Positions 26,594-34,284 of a DNA stretch of 64,000 nt are shown in pieces (position 1 is the first letter of the stretch; every line of letters starts with the position of its first letter). The stretch is from a virus, in the IMG/VR virus record IMGVR_UViG_3300009285_000883, positions 7,639-71,638 of that record; one strand, given 5' to 3'. Under the pieces are notes generated by a model. It worked only from the letters and a program-made list of their open reading frames with translations, searched no databases and was not told the origin of the DNA. The position numbers were made by a program, and so were the translations under genes.

Positions 26594-26869
26594 CTAGGAG
26601 ATTGTGATTCCAGGGTGATTGTTGTTCTGGTTGAACACACAGTTTTGAATCGAGACAAACGGCTTCGCTGGTTCCAATGCTTTCGCAAGCGACTGGCACG
26701 CATGGGCGACAGCTACAATTGCTTCAGCGCGTTTGTCCTCGTCCATCTGCTTTCCAGTTTCCAGCCAGATTCCAGGGAACTCTTTGCACAACGGTGATGA
26801 AGCAGCGTCGACCTTGTTTTCTGTCTTCGCGGTTCGTCGTCGTGGTTGTGCAGGTTTCTTTTTTGCCAT
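26594..26869 (-). CDS. Hypothetical protein ending 2 nt before array 2
   Basis: GGAGA RBS; basic N-terminus. Confidence 0.65.
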   Translation of the reverse strand: MAKKKPAQPRRRTAKTENKVDAASSPLCKEFPGIWLETGKQMDEDKRAEAIVAVAHACQSLAKALEPAKPFVSIQNCVFNQNNNHPGITIS

Positions 26870-26924
26870 CTTGTTTCTCCAGGTAGTTGTGGTGCTGCCG
26901 ATTGAACGCTGGCAGCGTGGCGTT

Positions 26925-28019
26925 TTACGATTCCTCAGGCAACGATTTCAAGTGCGCATCGCGGTATTCATTCGCCTTGGCGTACAACGCTTCAGGCATT
27001 TCGTCCTTGTGATCAAAGACGTGCGTGCGCCAAACGAAGCGAGCATCGACTTGATTCTGAGTGCGCCCCAACTCGTACACGAACTCGCGAAGTCTATCGG
27101 GCACCTCCTCTAGCGACTTCTCCTCCGTCGCCTCGGCGGTCTTCTGAGGCTCCGTTTCTTTCTCCTTTTTCGGGGCCTTTTCCTTCTTCAACTCTTTCGC
27201 CGCCTTCTCTGCTTTTGACTCACCCTTGGGGGCCTCCGCGTTCTCAGTGCCGGGCACCTTGAACTCGAAGTAATCCTCGGGGTTCGCCATGCCGTCCTTG
27301 ATCGACACGAAGATCTTCCGCAGAGACAGCATGTGTTGCTCGGTGAAGCTCTCCACTTTGCGCTGCATGCGTTCTTCGATCATCTCGGAGGTGACGCCGA
27401 AGTTTTTGTAGACTTCAAGCATCTTGCGAATGCGATCGACAAGCGGTTCCTTGTGTCCTTCCGTGAGCGTCTTCTCGCACTGCTCGACCGCGATGTCCTG
27501 CACGTCCTTGGGGATCACCGCGAGGATGCACGAGCGCTTGCGACGGGCACCTTGGTTCAGGATCATCTCGCTGATGTCACGCGGATCGGTCAGGATGTAG
27601 CTTCCACGCTTGGTATGCCGCATGTGCTTGACCGTGAACATAGTCGAAGATCGTACGTTAGTTTGCATGTCCCAGGCGAAAGCCTCACACACGCTCTCAC
27701 CGTTGACCTGAGACAGCTCGCGAATGCCGTACTCGATATTGCCCCAGCCCTGCGCCATCGCCTCAGCCAGACGCACAGACGGCCCTGTGACCGTCTCGTT
27801 GCCGCGCGGGTACTGGTACATACCCACCTCAGCCAGACCACGACGCTGACATGCCGTGGTGATCTCGCCGATCGACGTGTTCACGTCACGCGGGAACTTC
27901 TTGGCGATCACGATCATCGCCTGCACCTCCTGCGCCTGCCGACTCGCAGCCACTTCCATCAGGTTGTTCTGTCCACGCCGATCAGGTTCATCGACGTGGG
28001 TTGTCAATTCCGTACTCAT
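26925..28019 (-). CDS. Putative single-strand annealing or recombination protein
   Basis: AKKFPRD, YPRG..TVTGPSVRLAE..A.GWGN motifs; near the YqaJ gene; function inferred from context. Confidence 0.6.
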   Translation of the reverse strand: MSTELTTHVDEPDRRGQNNLMEVAASRQAQEVQAMIVIAKKFPRDVNTSIGEITTACQRRGLAEVGMYQYPRGNETVTGPSVRLAEAMAQGWGNIEYGIRELSQVNGESVCEAFAWDMQTNVRSSTMFTVKHMRHTKRGSYILTDPRDISEMILNQGARRKRSCILAVIPKDVQDIAVEQCEKTLTEGHKEPLVDRIRKMLEVYKNFGVTSEMIEERMQRKVESFTEQHMLSLRKIFVSIKDGMANPEDYFEFKVPGTENAEAPKGESKAEKAAKELKKEKAPKKEKETEPQKTAEATEEKSLEEVPDRLREFVYELGRTQNQVDARFVWRTHVFDHKDEMPEALYAKANEYRDAHLKSLPEES

Positions 28020-28025
28020 GTGTTA

Positions 28026-28433
28026 CTAGCCTTTGTGTTGCAGAACGATACTTAAAGAACAATTCTCAAGCGACTTTTCAGCTCCAGTGAGAATCGCCTC
28101 GGCAAACATGCCACCACGTCGCTTAGAAAGCAACGCAACAATCTGCTTCTTAATCAACTCGCGATGATCTTGGACATACTCACGAATGAGTTTCTCCGCT
28201 TCTTCGCGAATCAGTTTGTGGGAGAGGGCTTCCAGGAAAGGTTGCGTGTTGTCATATGAGTAACTTGACACTTTTCCAGACTTGTCGACCTTGATATCCA
28301 AGGCACGTGTCACAATCGCATTGATGATCTTTGCCGGATCACCCATTGCAGCAGCAATCGCTGCCGATAACTGTTGTCGCACGATCGGGTCAATCACATC
28401 CTTTGGGATGTTTACGGTTGCGTTATCAGCCAT
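28026..28433 (-). CDS. Hypothetical protein
   Basis: AAGGGA RBS; KVD..GK.SSY motif. Confidence 0.7.
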   Translation of the reverse strand: MADNATVNIPKDVIDPIVRQQLSAAIAAAMGDPAKIINAIVTRALDIKVDKSGKVSSYSYDNTQPFLEALSHKLIREEAEKLIREYVQDHRELIKKQIVALLSKRRGGMFAEAILTGAEKSLENCSLSIVLQHKG

Positions 28434-28475
28434 GTTGTGGGTCCCTTTCGCTCCGCGATCACACGCGAAGATTGG

Positions 28476-29474
28476 TTACTTGGTCTTGCGTTCCAACAAC
28501 CGTTCGTACGCCTTCCGCTTCACGGAACCGATCTTGGAGCGAACCTCCTCAGCGTCGGCCTCCGTGTAAATCGACTCCTTGACGAGCAGACGGCGCAATT
28601 CCTTTTCGCCACGTGGAAATCGTCCAAGTTCAGCCGATTCCATCTTGTGAATCAGGCGGTTGCGCGCCTCGGTACGTTCCACCTCCAGGGCAGCGATCTC
28701 CTCACCGAGCACCTTGTAGCGCAGCCACAGTTGAAGATCGTCGTCGTCCAGATGAACAGCGGTGTTCGCCACGACGCCGTTGACGATCGACAGCAGTTCC
28801 TTCGTGCGCGGATGCGTCCAGTTCGGCTCTGGCGGTTCGTTGTTCGCGATCCGCTCGACCAGCTCACGCTCGGCCTCCGTGATCGCGTCGATCAGGTCAT
28901 CGTTGCGCAGCACGGGGTAGACTCGCAGCGTGAAGATCCCGAACATCGCGGCCACATCCACCTGATCCCAGCCCATCACAGCCATCTGCTGCTGAGCCTG
29001 AAACAGCACGTCGTCAGGAACCGAATCCGTCCCCTCCTGACCGTACTTACTTTCGTCCTCAACCGAGTACATCCGTGCGGTGGTTGCCTTGACTTCCAAA
29101 CCCTTCCGCTTCTCGCTCAGCACGATCGCATCAGGGGTCGCAGCCATGAACGCATGCTGCGGGTGAAAGAACATGCGGCTGTTCTCAACGCAGTCCACGC
29201 CCATCTCCGAGGCGTACTCGTTGACGATCACCGACTGCATGCGCCTTCCGCGCCGCATCCGCGTCTCCTGCTCCTCCGTAAACGCCACTTCCATGACTCG
29301 GCGCGCACGCAGAAACAGGTCCAGCGACGTGCGGTAATCACTCCTGTTGCACGCCGCCGCCGCGTCCGAAGCGCCAATGACGAGCTGCTTCCCTGGCTCG
29401 TAAAAGCGTCCTTCCAGCCAAGCAGGGTCGCCTTCCAGCGGTCCCTCGATCGGAACATGTGTTGATGTCACCAT
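28476..29474 (-). CDS. YqaJ-like (lambda exonuclease family) recombinase nuclease
   Basis: IGASDAAA, ATPDA, GLEVK, QAQQQM motifs. Confidence 0.9.
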   Translation of the reverse strand: MVTSTHVPIEGPLEGDPAWLEGRFYEPGKQLVIGASDAAAACNRSDYRTSLDLFLRARRVMEVAFTEEQETRMRRGRRMQSVIVNEYASEMGVDCVENSRMFFHPQHAFMAATPDAIVLSEKRKGLEVKATTARMYSVEDESKYGQEGTDSVPDDVLFQAQQQMAVMGWDQVDVAAMFGIFTLRVYPVLRNDDLIDAITEAERELVERIANNEPPEPNWTHPRTKELLSIVNGVVANTAVHLDDDDLQLWLRYKVLGEEIAALEVERTEARNRLIHKMESAELGRFPRGEKELRRLLVKESIYTEADAEEVRSKIGSVKRKAYERLLERKTK

Positions 29475-29833
29475 TATGCGAATTGCCTTTCCACGTGAAT
29501 GCCGTCGTCCTGTGCGGACACGTGTAATCCGCGACGACGACCCGCCACAAACTCCACCAACGCAAGGTTGGCAACGTCCACAAGATGCTCCAAGTTGGCA
29601 TCACGCTCGTACAAGTCGAGACGCGCACGCATCGACTCCACAATGCGGAATGCAAACTTGTCAGGATTGCAGAACAGCCCGTAACGAAACGCACCCAACA
29701 CAAGCCGGTTGCGCATGAGCTGCTCAAATTGATCGTCCCACTCCGACTTGCGGAGGGATTCGAGAGACGGCAGTTGCGAAGGAAACGCCGCCTTCTCAAG
29801 GTGCTCGCGAATGTGCTGCGATACTGTTTTCAT
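29474..29833 (-). CDS. Hypothetical phage protein
   Basis: RNRLVLGAFRYG...NLEHLVDVANLALVEF. Confidence 0.75.
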   Translation of the reverse strand: MKTVSQHIREHLEKAAFPSQLPSLESLRKSEWDDQFEQLMRNRLVLGAFRYGLFCNPDKFAFRIVESMRARLDLYERDANLEHLVDVANLALVEFVAGRRRGLHVSAQDDGIHVERQFA

Positions 29834-29907
29834 GGTGTCACCTCAGGTTGTCCGTGAGGCGCATCAATCCAACCAGCAACAACAGCGCGAGCCCGCCGAA
29901 TAGAATC

Positions 29908-30111
29908 TCAAGCCACGTCACTTCGACCATCGCACTCACCTCCTTGCGAACGTGACTTCTTGATCTCGATCTCAAGGCGGTTGACCTGGATGTCTTTGGG
30001 TGCGTCAATACCGAGACGCACCTTATCCGCCTTGATCTCCACGACCGTGATCGTGATCAGCCCTTCAGCAATCACGATCTTCTCGCCTATCTTGCGAGCT
30101 AGAACGAGCAT
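29908..30111 (-). CDS. csrA: Carbon storage regulator CsrA/RsmA-family RNA-binding protein
   Basis: MLVLARKIGEKIVI...VRLGIDAPKDIQVNRLEI canonical pattern. Confidence 0.92.
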   Translation of the reverse strand: MLVLARKIGEKIVIAEGLITITVVEIKADKVRLGIDAPKDIQVNRLEIEIKKSRSQGGECDGRSDVA

Positions 30112-30175
30112 AAGTTTCCTCCCTGCCTACCAGAGTCCTCGCGCCCAAATTCGATGGACGCTATCGCAAAAAAAA

Positions 30176-30409
30176 CTACTCCCGCAACGTTCTGGGGGTG
30201 ATGAAAGATGGATCGTGGTACATCATCAGAAAGTCACACGGTCCAAATAGATCGAAAGGCACGTCCGACTCGTAGCGGTGAAAAGCCATCTCGGTCAGGT
30301 GCGTGAGTCGCGCCTTGCCGGAGTCGTCCACTACCGGGTGCAGCCATTCCGCAGCCCCGTCATAAGGGCCACCAGAAAACCGCATGAGTCTCGGGTGCGT
30401 CGAGATCAT
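30176..30409 (-). CDS. Hypothetical protein with an FSGGPYDG motif
   Basis: GAGGTG RBS. Confidence 0.6.
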   Translation of the reverse strand: MISTHPRLMRFSGGPYDGAAEWLHPVVDDSGKARLTHLTEMAFHRYESDVPFDLFGPCDFLMMYHDPSFITPRTLRE

Positions 30410-30483
30410 TGGTCCACCTCAGAGAAGCGAGGTGGCGGTCGGGGTCAGCAACCCCTGAAAACCGCCGATTGCCTACGGCGGGA

Positions 30484-30512
30484 AATGTAGTAAATCTACG
30501 ACGCTCGGTCAA
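30484..30512 (-). promoter_or_regulatory. Sigma70-like promoter for the leftward middle operon
   Basis: TTGACC-17 nt-TACATT on the - strand. Confidence 0.5.
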
Positions 30513-30777
30513 TAAGAATTTCCCGGCTTTCCTGGACGGAGATCTGCTTAGGTGCGCGTAACAGCCTACCGGGACTGACTTTAAGGGCGGTCGAAATTTT
30601 CTCAATTTGCAGCAGGGAAGGGCAATTCCTCCCGCGCTCCAGATCCGCCACGTAAGACCGCGAACTGTCCAGCAACACCGCAAAGGCGTCCTGAGTCATG
30701 CGTTTTTTGGCGCGGATATCGCGGAGATTGTGGCAAAAAGCGGCGTGCAAAAGACTGTCACCAACGAACTGTGTCAT
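30496..30777 (-). CDS. XRE-family helix-turn-helix regulator
   Basis: NLRDIRAKKRMTQDAFA..SRSYVADLERGRNCPSL...ISTAL; GAGG RBS before ATG 30777. Confidence 0.9.
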   Translation of the reverse strand: MTQFVGDSLLHAAFCHNLRDIRAKKRMTQDAFAVLLDSSRSYVADLERGRNCPSLLQIEKISTALKVSPGRLLRAPKQISVQESREILIDRAS

Positions 30778-30808
30778 CTTTGAATCCTCATGTTGTGTCT
30801 GGCACGAA

Positions 30809-30837
30809 ATAGTAGCGGATTCACGACACTTTCGCAA
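30809..30837 (-). promoter_or_regulatory. Sigma70-like promoter of the HTH gene
   Basis: TTGCGA-17 nt-TACTAT on the - strand. Confidence 0.55.
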
Positions 30838-30842
30838 ACGAC

Positions 30843-30880
30843 AAAAAAACGCCCCGCACGTCGTAACACATGCGAGGCGT
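30843..30880 (-). terminator. Intrinsic terminator of the late operon
   Basis: ACGCCTCGCA...TGCGGGGCGT stem followed by a T-run on the - strand. Confidence 0.7.
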
Positions 30881-30907
30881 CATCCACAGCGGCGCGGACG
30901 GTAGAAC

Positions 30908-31318
30908 TCAGTTGGTCGAGGCCACGTCAGGCTGCACACCAAGACGCTGTTTGATGACCTCCAAGGACACGACGATATGGGTCAGGCTTTCAGTCGTTTT
31001 CCTCAGGTCGGATTCAATCGACGAAATGCGGTCCTGCCACACCTTCGGCGGCTGCCCATCAAGTCGCTGATCCACCTCCTTGAACTCAGATCGCACGACC
31101 GCCATATCCACTTGGTGCTCTTTGCAAATCACCTCAATGCGATCCACGATCTTATCGCCGTCCTTGATGGCAGCAGAGCAGTCCCACAGAGTCGTCGTGA
31201 CCCAAATGGCCCAAGGCAAAAAACAAGCGTTGATCACCGGCAGGATTACTACTCCAGCTTTGAACATGAAAGCCCACTTCCCGTTCAGGTCGCCTACTCT
31301 TTGCCCTGCCATCGACAT
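30908..31318 (-). CDS. Membrane protein with coiled coil, in the lysis region
   Basis: One hydrophobic segment followed by heptad repeats; start uncertain. Confidence 0.6.
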   Translation of the reverse strand: MSMAGQRVGDLNGKWAFMFKAGVVILPVINACFLPWAIWVTTTLWDCSAAIKDGDKIVDRIEVICKEHQVDMAVVRSEFKEVDQRLDGQPPKVWQDRISSIESDLRKTTESLTHIVVSLEVIKQRLGVQPDVASTN

Positions 31319-31490
31319 TCCTTTCTCTGCCAAGTCCCTGCGGCCCAGTGTCCCGAACCGCAGGGCGATCTTCATCTTGGGAACTCGTGTAAGTTTGTCA
31401 CTGCTACATCGTGACTTGGTCCTCCTCTGGCGAATGAACGACTTCAAACACCTATGAGAACCGCACTCTGCGGATTCTTCCCGCTTCCAA

Positions 31491-31898
31491 TTAGGATCGC
31501 GCCTCCGCGATTACCGCGTCAATATCGTCATTGCTCGCGACAGCCGCTTGCGCAAAAACCTCATCGACAACGCGCGAAGATTGCCGTCTCCATTTCCATC
31601 CGAAGCAATCATCGCACTCACGCCGAATCTGGCGTTTGGCGAGTATCCTCTGACCGCGATCGGGCTTCTTGACCGACTCGCGCAGCTCGACATTGTTCTG
31701 CGGGCAATTATCAAAGATCCCGCTGAGCGCTGCCATGACGGCTTCGATCAACTCCATCCACCCAATCGCCGAGTAGCCCGCGATGATGCGGGGAGGATTA
31801 CCAGCGTCGTAATCGTCGATTCCATCCGACACTTCCTTTTTCGATGCGCCAATCGCACTGGCCGCAACACTGATCGCAAACGCTTGCAGTAACTTCAT
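31491..31898 (-). CDS. Hypothetical protein
   Basis: GGAGA RBS. Confidence 0.65.
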   Translation of the reverse strand: MKLLQAFAISVAASAIGASKKEVSDGIDDYDAGNPPRIIAGYSAIGWMELIEAVMAALSGIFDNCPQNNVELRESVKKPDRGQRILAKRQIRRECDDCFGWKWRRQSSRVVDEVFAQAAVASNDDIDAVIAEARS

Positions 31899-31989
31899 CT
31901 CATTCTCCAGTTTGAACTAAGGGGTTTTCTATTTGATTCCTGCGGACGGGTGGGTGTGATTCTGCGTCACCGCGCTGAAAAGTATTCCG

Positions 31990-32796
31990 TTACGCAGCTT
32001 CGATCATCACGGTCGAAATAAAGAAGAACAGTTCGCTGGGAATCGCACGTGATCCAGTCAGTTCGATCAGCTTGCCTTGGTCGCTCGCGTGGCTGTTGGA
32101 AATAATCCAATACCACTTTCCATCCCTGATGACGATGCCAACCAACTCCAACGCATGTTGCCACCAATCGTAAGCGATATACCCGCTGCATCCTGCGCAC
32201 AACCCAGTCACGGCGTGCTGAGTCATATTACGTGCATCCGTGTCCCAAACATCCTTGAGGCGGTAGAGCTTTCTCTGGCTGGCGAACTCGTTCCAGTACG
32301 CCTTGCTGCGGTTGGTAGTGTTCCAGTTTCCGTCCTGAGCCGGGCACACTCCTTGCTCGCGGGCACCCTTAATGAAACTCTCCAGATAGTTTCCTTGGTT
32401 GCTCCATCCAACCAAGTATCCCATCGACGCAGGGGCAAGTATGACGGTGGGCTTCTTTTCAACAGCCCGCGTGGTCATCAAACAGCCTGTTCCACTCCAC
32501 GTCCAGCAATAATTCAAGCTTGACTGGTCCCACTTGAATCCTGGTGGTCGCCACGTCGCCTGCTGATGATACATCGGCATGATCTGCTCGGCGTTCGCCT
32601 CCGCAATACGATCCTCGTATTCGTTCGGAGGAATCAGCGAATCAAGCCCCGCTTCGATCGGAGTCAAGCCGCGTTCACTCGCCTCTGCACTGGCATAGGT
32701 GGTTTCGCGCGGAATGTACCCAGACTCGGGAATCGCGTGCATCTCCAGCAATCGCTGGAAGTCAACGCCATTGTCAGTGTCGAAGATCAAGCTCAT
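31990..32796 (-). CDS. Papain-like (C1) cysteine peptidase, candidate lysin
   Basis: WDQ...YCW (Gln/Cys), QHALELV (His), ISNSH (Asn). Confidence 0.75.
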   Translation of the reverse strand: MSLIFDTDNGVDFQRLLEMHAIPESGYIPRETTYASAEASERGLTPIEAGLDSLIPPNEYEDRIAEANAEQIMPMYHQQATWRPPGFKWDQSSLNYCWTWSGTGCLMTTRAVEKKPTVILAPASMGYLVGWSNQGNYLESFIKGAREQGVCPAQDGNWNTTNRSKAYWNEFASQRKLYRLKDVWDTDARNMTQHAVTGLCAGCSGYIAYDWWQHALELVGIVIRDGKWYWIISNSHASDQGKLIELTGSRAIPSELFFFISTVMIEAA

Positions 32797-33527
32797 TTCA
32801 ACAGCTCCGTCGTGAGTAACTTTTCGGTCGCGTCCTCATCGACCGGAAGCGGCATCGCAACGCACTTTCCTCCCTGCATCGACGAGACGACCAAGCACGG
32901 AAGCGGAACATTTTTAGCGGCTTCGAAATAGGCCGCGTGTTTGGACGCTGTTGGATCTGTAAGTGACTGTGCCGCACTGACCCCCAGGACACGATGTCCC
33001 GCTTTCTCCAACCGCATCCGAAAGGTCAGACTCCCCAGCACCGCCAATTGCTGCTTGCTCAGGTTGTCCTTCGTCTCCGCGTCGTAGAGCAAGAATATCT
33101 GATAGGGTCCGCCCACTACGGGCGGCGGGAGAGGGGGGTCTATGGGTGTACCCCCGACCACCTTGAACGTCGCCTTTTCGTCAATGTCGCCACTTCCCAA
33201 ATAGTTCTGGAATGTGACTTCCTTGCCGTCGAAGTCCTTGAACGTGATCGGCACAATGTGAATCCACCTGACCTGATAGGTGATCGTGTACTCACCCGGT
33301 GCAGCACACACGACCCACTTTCCGGGGCCGACTTCGAGCTTGTTGACTCCATCCGGCCAGACGAGTCTAGATCCACTCTGAATTGTGGCACCCTCAGGAA
33401 CCATCGCCTTGAGCGTCACGGGAATCGGCGTATCCCGCTTTGTTTCAGCGGGGACCTCGATCTGCGCGAACGCTTGACACGTCATCACGCACAGAGCGAA
33501 CAGGGTTGCAATAATGCGAAAGGACAT
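32793..33527 (-). CDS. Secreted protein with an Ig-like N-terminal domain, Pro linker and thioredoxin-like C-terminus
   Basis: Signal peptide MSFRIIATLFALCVMTCQAFA, PGEY, PPLPPP, LPCLVV. Confidence 0.65.
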   Translation of the reverse strand: MSFRIIATLFALCVMTCQAFAQIEVPAETKRDTPIPVTLKAMVPEGATIQSGSRLVWPDGVNKLEVGPGKWVVCAAPGEYTITYQVRWIHIVPITFKDFDGKEVTFQNYLGSGDIDEKATFKVVGGTPIDPPLPPPVVGGPYQIFLLYDAETKDNLSKQQLAVLGSLTFRMRLEKAGHRVLGVSAAQSLTDPTASKHAAYFEAAKNVPLPCLVVSSMQGGKCVAMPLPVDEDATEKLLTTELLK

Positions 33528-33534
33528 GATTACC

Positions 33535-33816
33535 TCATAATCCCAGTTTTCCAAGCACGACAATGCCGAAACACGCGTGCAGGTTGATGGACGTACAGGG
33601 CACAATCATCACGGGCTGCAACCACAGGCTGAGCGGGAACTCGAACATTCCAAGCGGTTCTCCTCGCTCAACGACTGCCATGATCTCGGAACGATCCATT
33701 GTGTGATCGCTGTAGTTGATAGCTTCCCTACATGCTTGGCAGAACTTATAGCGATCATCGAACGACTTGCATTCGACGATAACGCTGTTCTGCTCTCGTT
33801 TTACGGTAAGTTCCAT
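33535..33816 (-). CDS. Hypothetical protein
   Basis: Tightly packed ORF. Confidence 0.5.
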   Translation of the reverse strand: MELTVKREQNSVIVECKSFDDRYKFCQACREAINYSDHTMDRSEIMAVVERGEPLGMFEFPLSLWLQPVMIVPCTSINLHACFGIVVLGKLGL

Positions 33817-33821
33817 AACAG

Positions 33822-34028
33822 TTATTTTCTACCTCGAAACAGGCGGCGCAGAGGGCGACGAGCGACAGCCTTGCGCTCGACCTTGACGACCGCCTTGGTG
33901 ATCGTGCTGATAGGTCCGTTTTCCGTGCGGACCAACACTGAAACCTTGGGGCGCTCCGGCGCAGCACAACGCCCTCCAGGGCACTGCATGGGTAACGCCA
34001 TCGCAAGCAGTAATACGAGACTCGTCAT
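33822..34028 (-). CDS. Small exported basic protein
   Basis: Hydrophobic N-terminus, CPGGRC, RRPLRRLF tail. Confidence 0.6.
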   Translation of the reverse strand: MTSLVLLLAMALPMQCPGGRCAAPERPKVSVLVRTENGPISTITKAVVKVERKAVARRPLRRLFRGRK

Positions 34029-34264
34029 TTCGACTCCTTCTCAGGTCGCACGCCAGATTCTTGATCGTTCACCACCGCGTCACGCGCCATGAGAGCGACC
34101 CACGCCAGCGTCAGGAACGAGACTACCTCGTTCCAATCGGGGTTCGTAGCAGGATCTCCATCGACCAACAATCTGATCGCCTGCAACAGGGTGATAACTG
34201 CCAACAAGACGGCTCCTGCCGTGGTTTGCTTGCTGGCAACGATTGCTTTGAATGTCCCGTTCAT
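34025..34264 (-). CDS. Holin-like protein with two transmembrane segments
   Basis: Two hydrophobic segments, charged C-terminus, position in the lysis cluster. Confidence 0.6.
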   Translation of the reverse strand: MNGTFKAIVASKQTTAGAVLLAVITLLQAIRLLVDGDPATNPDWNEVVSFLTLAWVALMARDAVVNDQESGVRPEKESK

Positions 34265-34284
34265 GCGTTTTCCTTGTCGCTATT

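Noticed and set aside
27333-29465. Long + strand ORFs antisense to the middle and late genes
   Set aside because: Shadow ORFs of GC-rich coding DNA; the - strand frames carry the recognisable motifs.
30496-30777. Lysogeny switch or prophage call
   Set aside because: The XRE gene is co-oriented with its neighbours, and no integrase, att site or host gene was seen; lifestyle cannot be determined from this window.
33814-33821. Match of an array spacer (CATAACAG) elsewhere in the window as self-targeting
   Set aside because: A single 8-mer is expected about twice by chance in 64 kb on two strands, and the partner spacer is not adjacent. A full paired-spacer search was not possible by eye.
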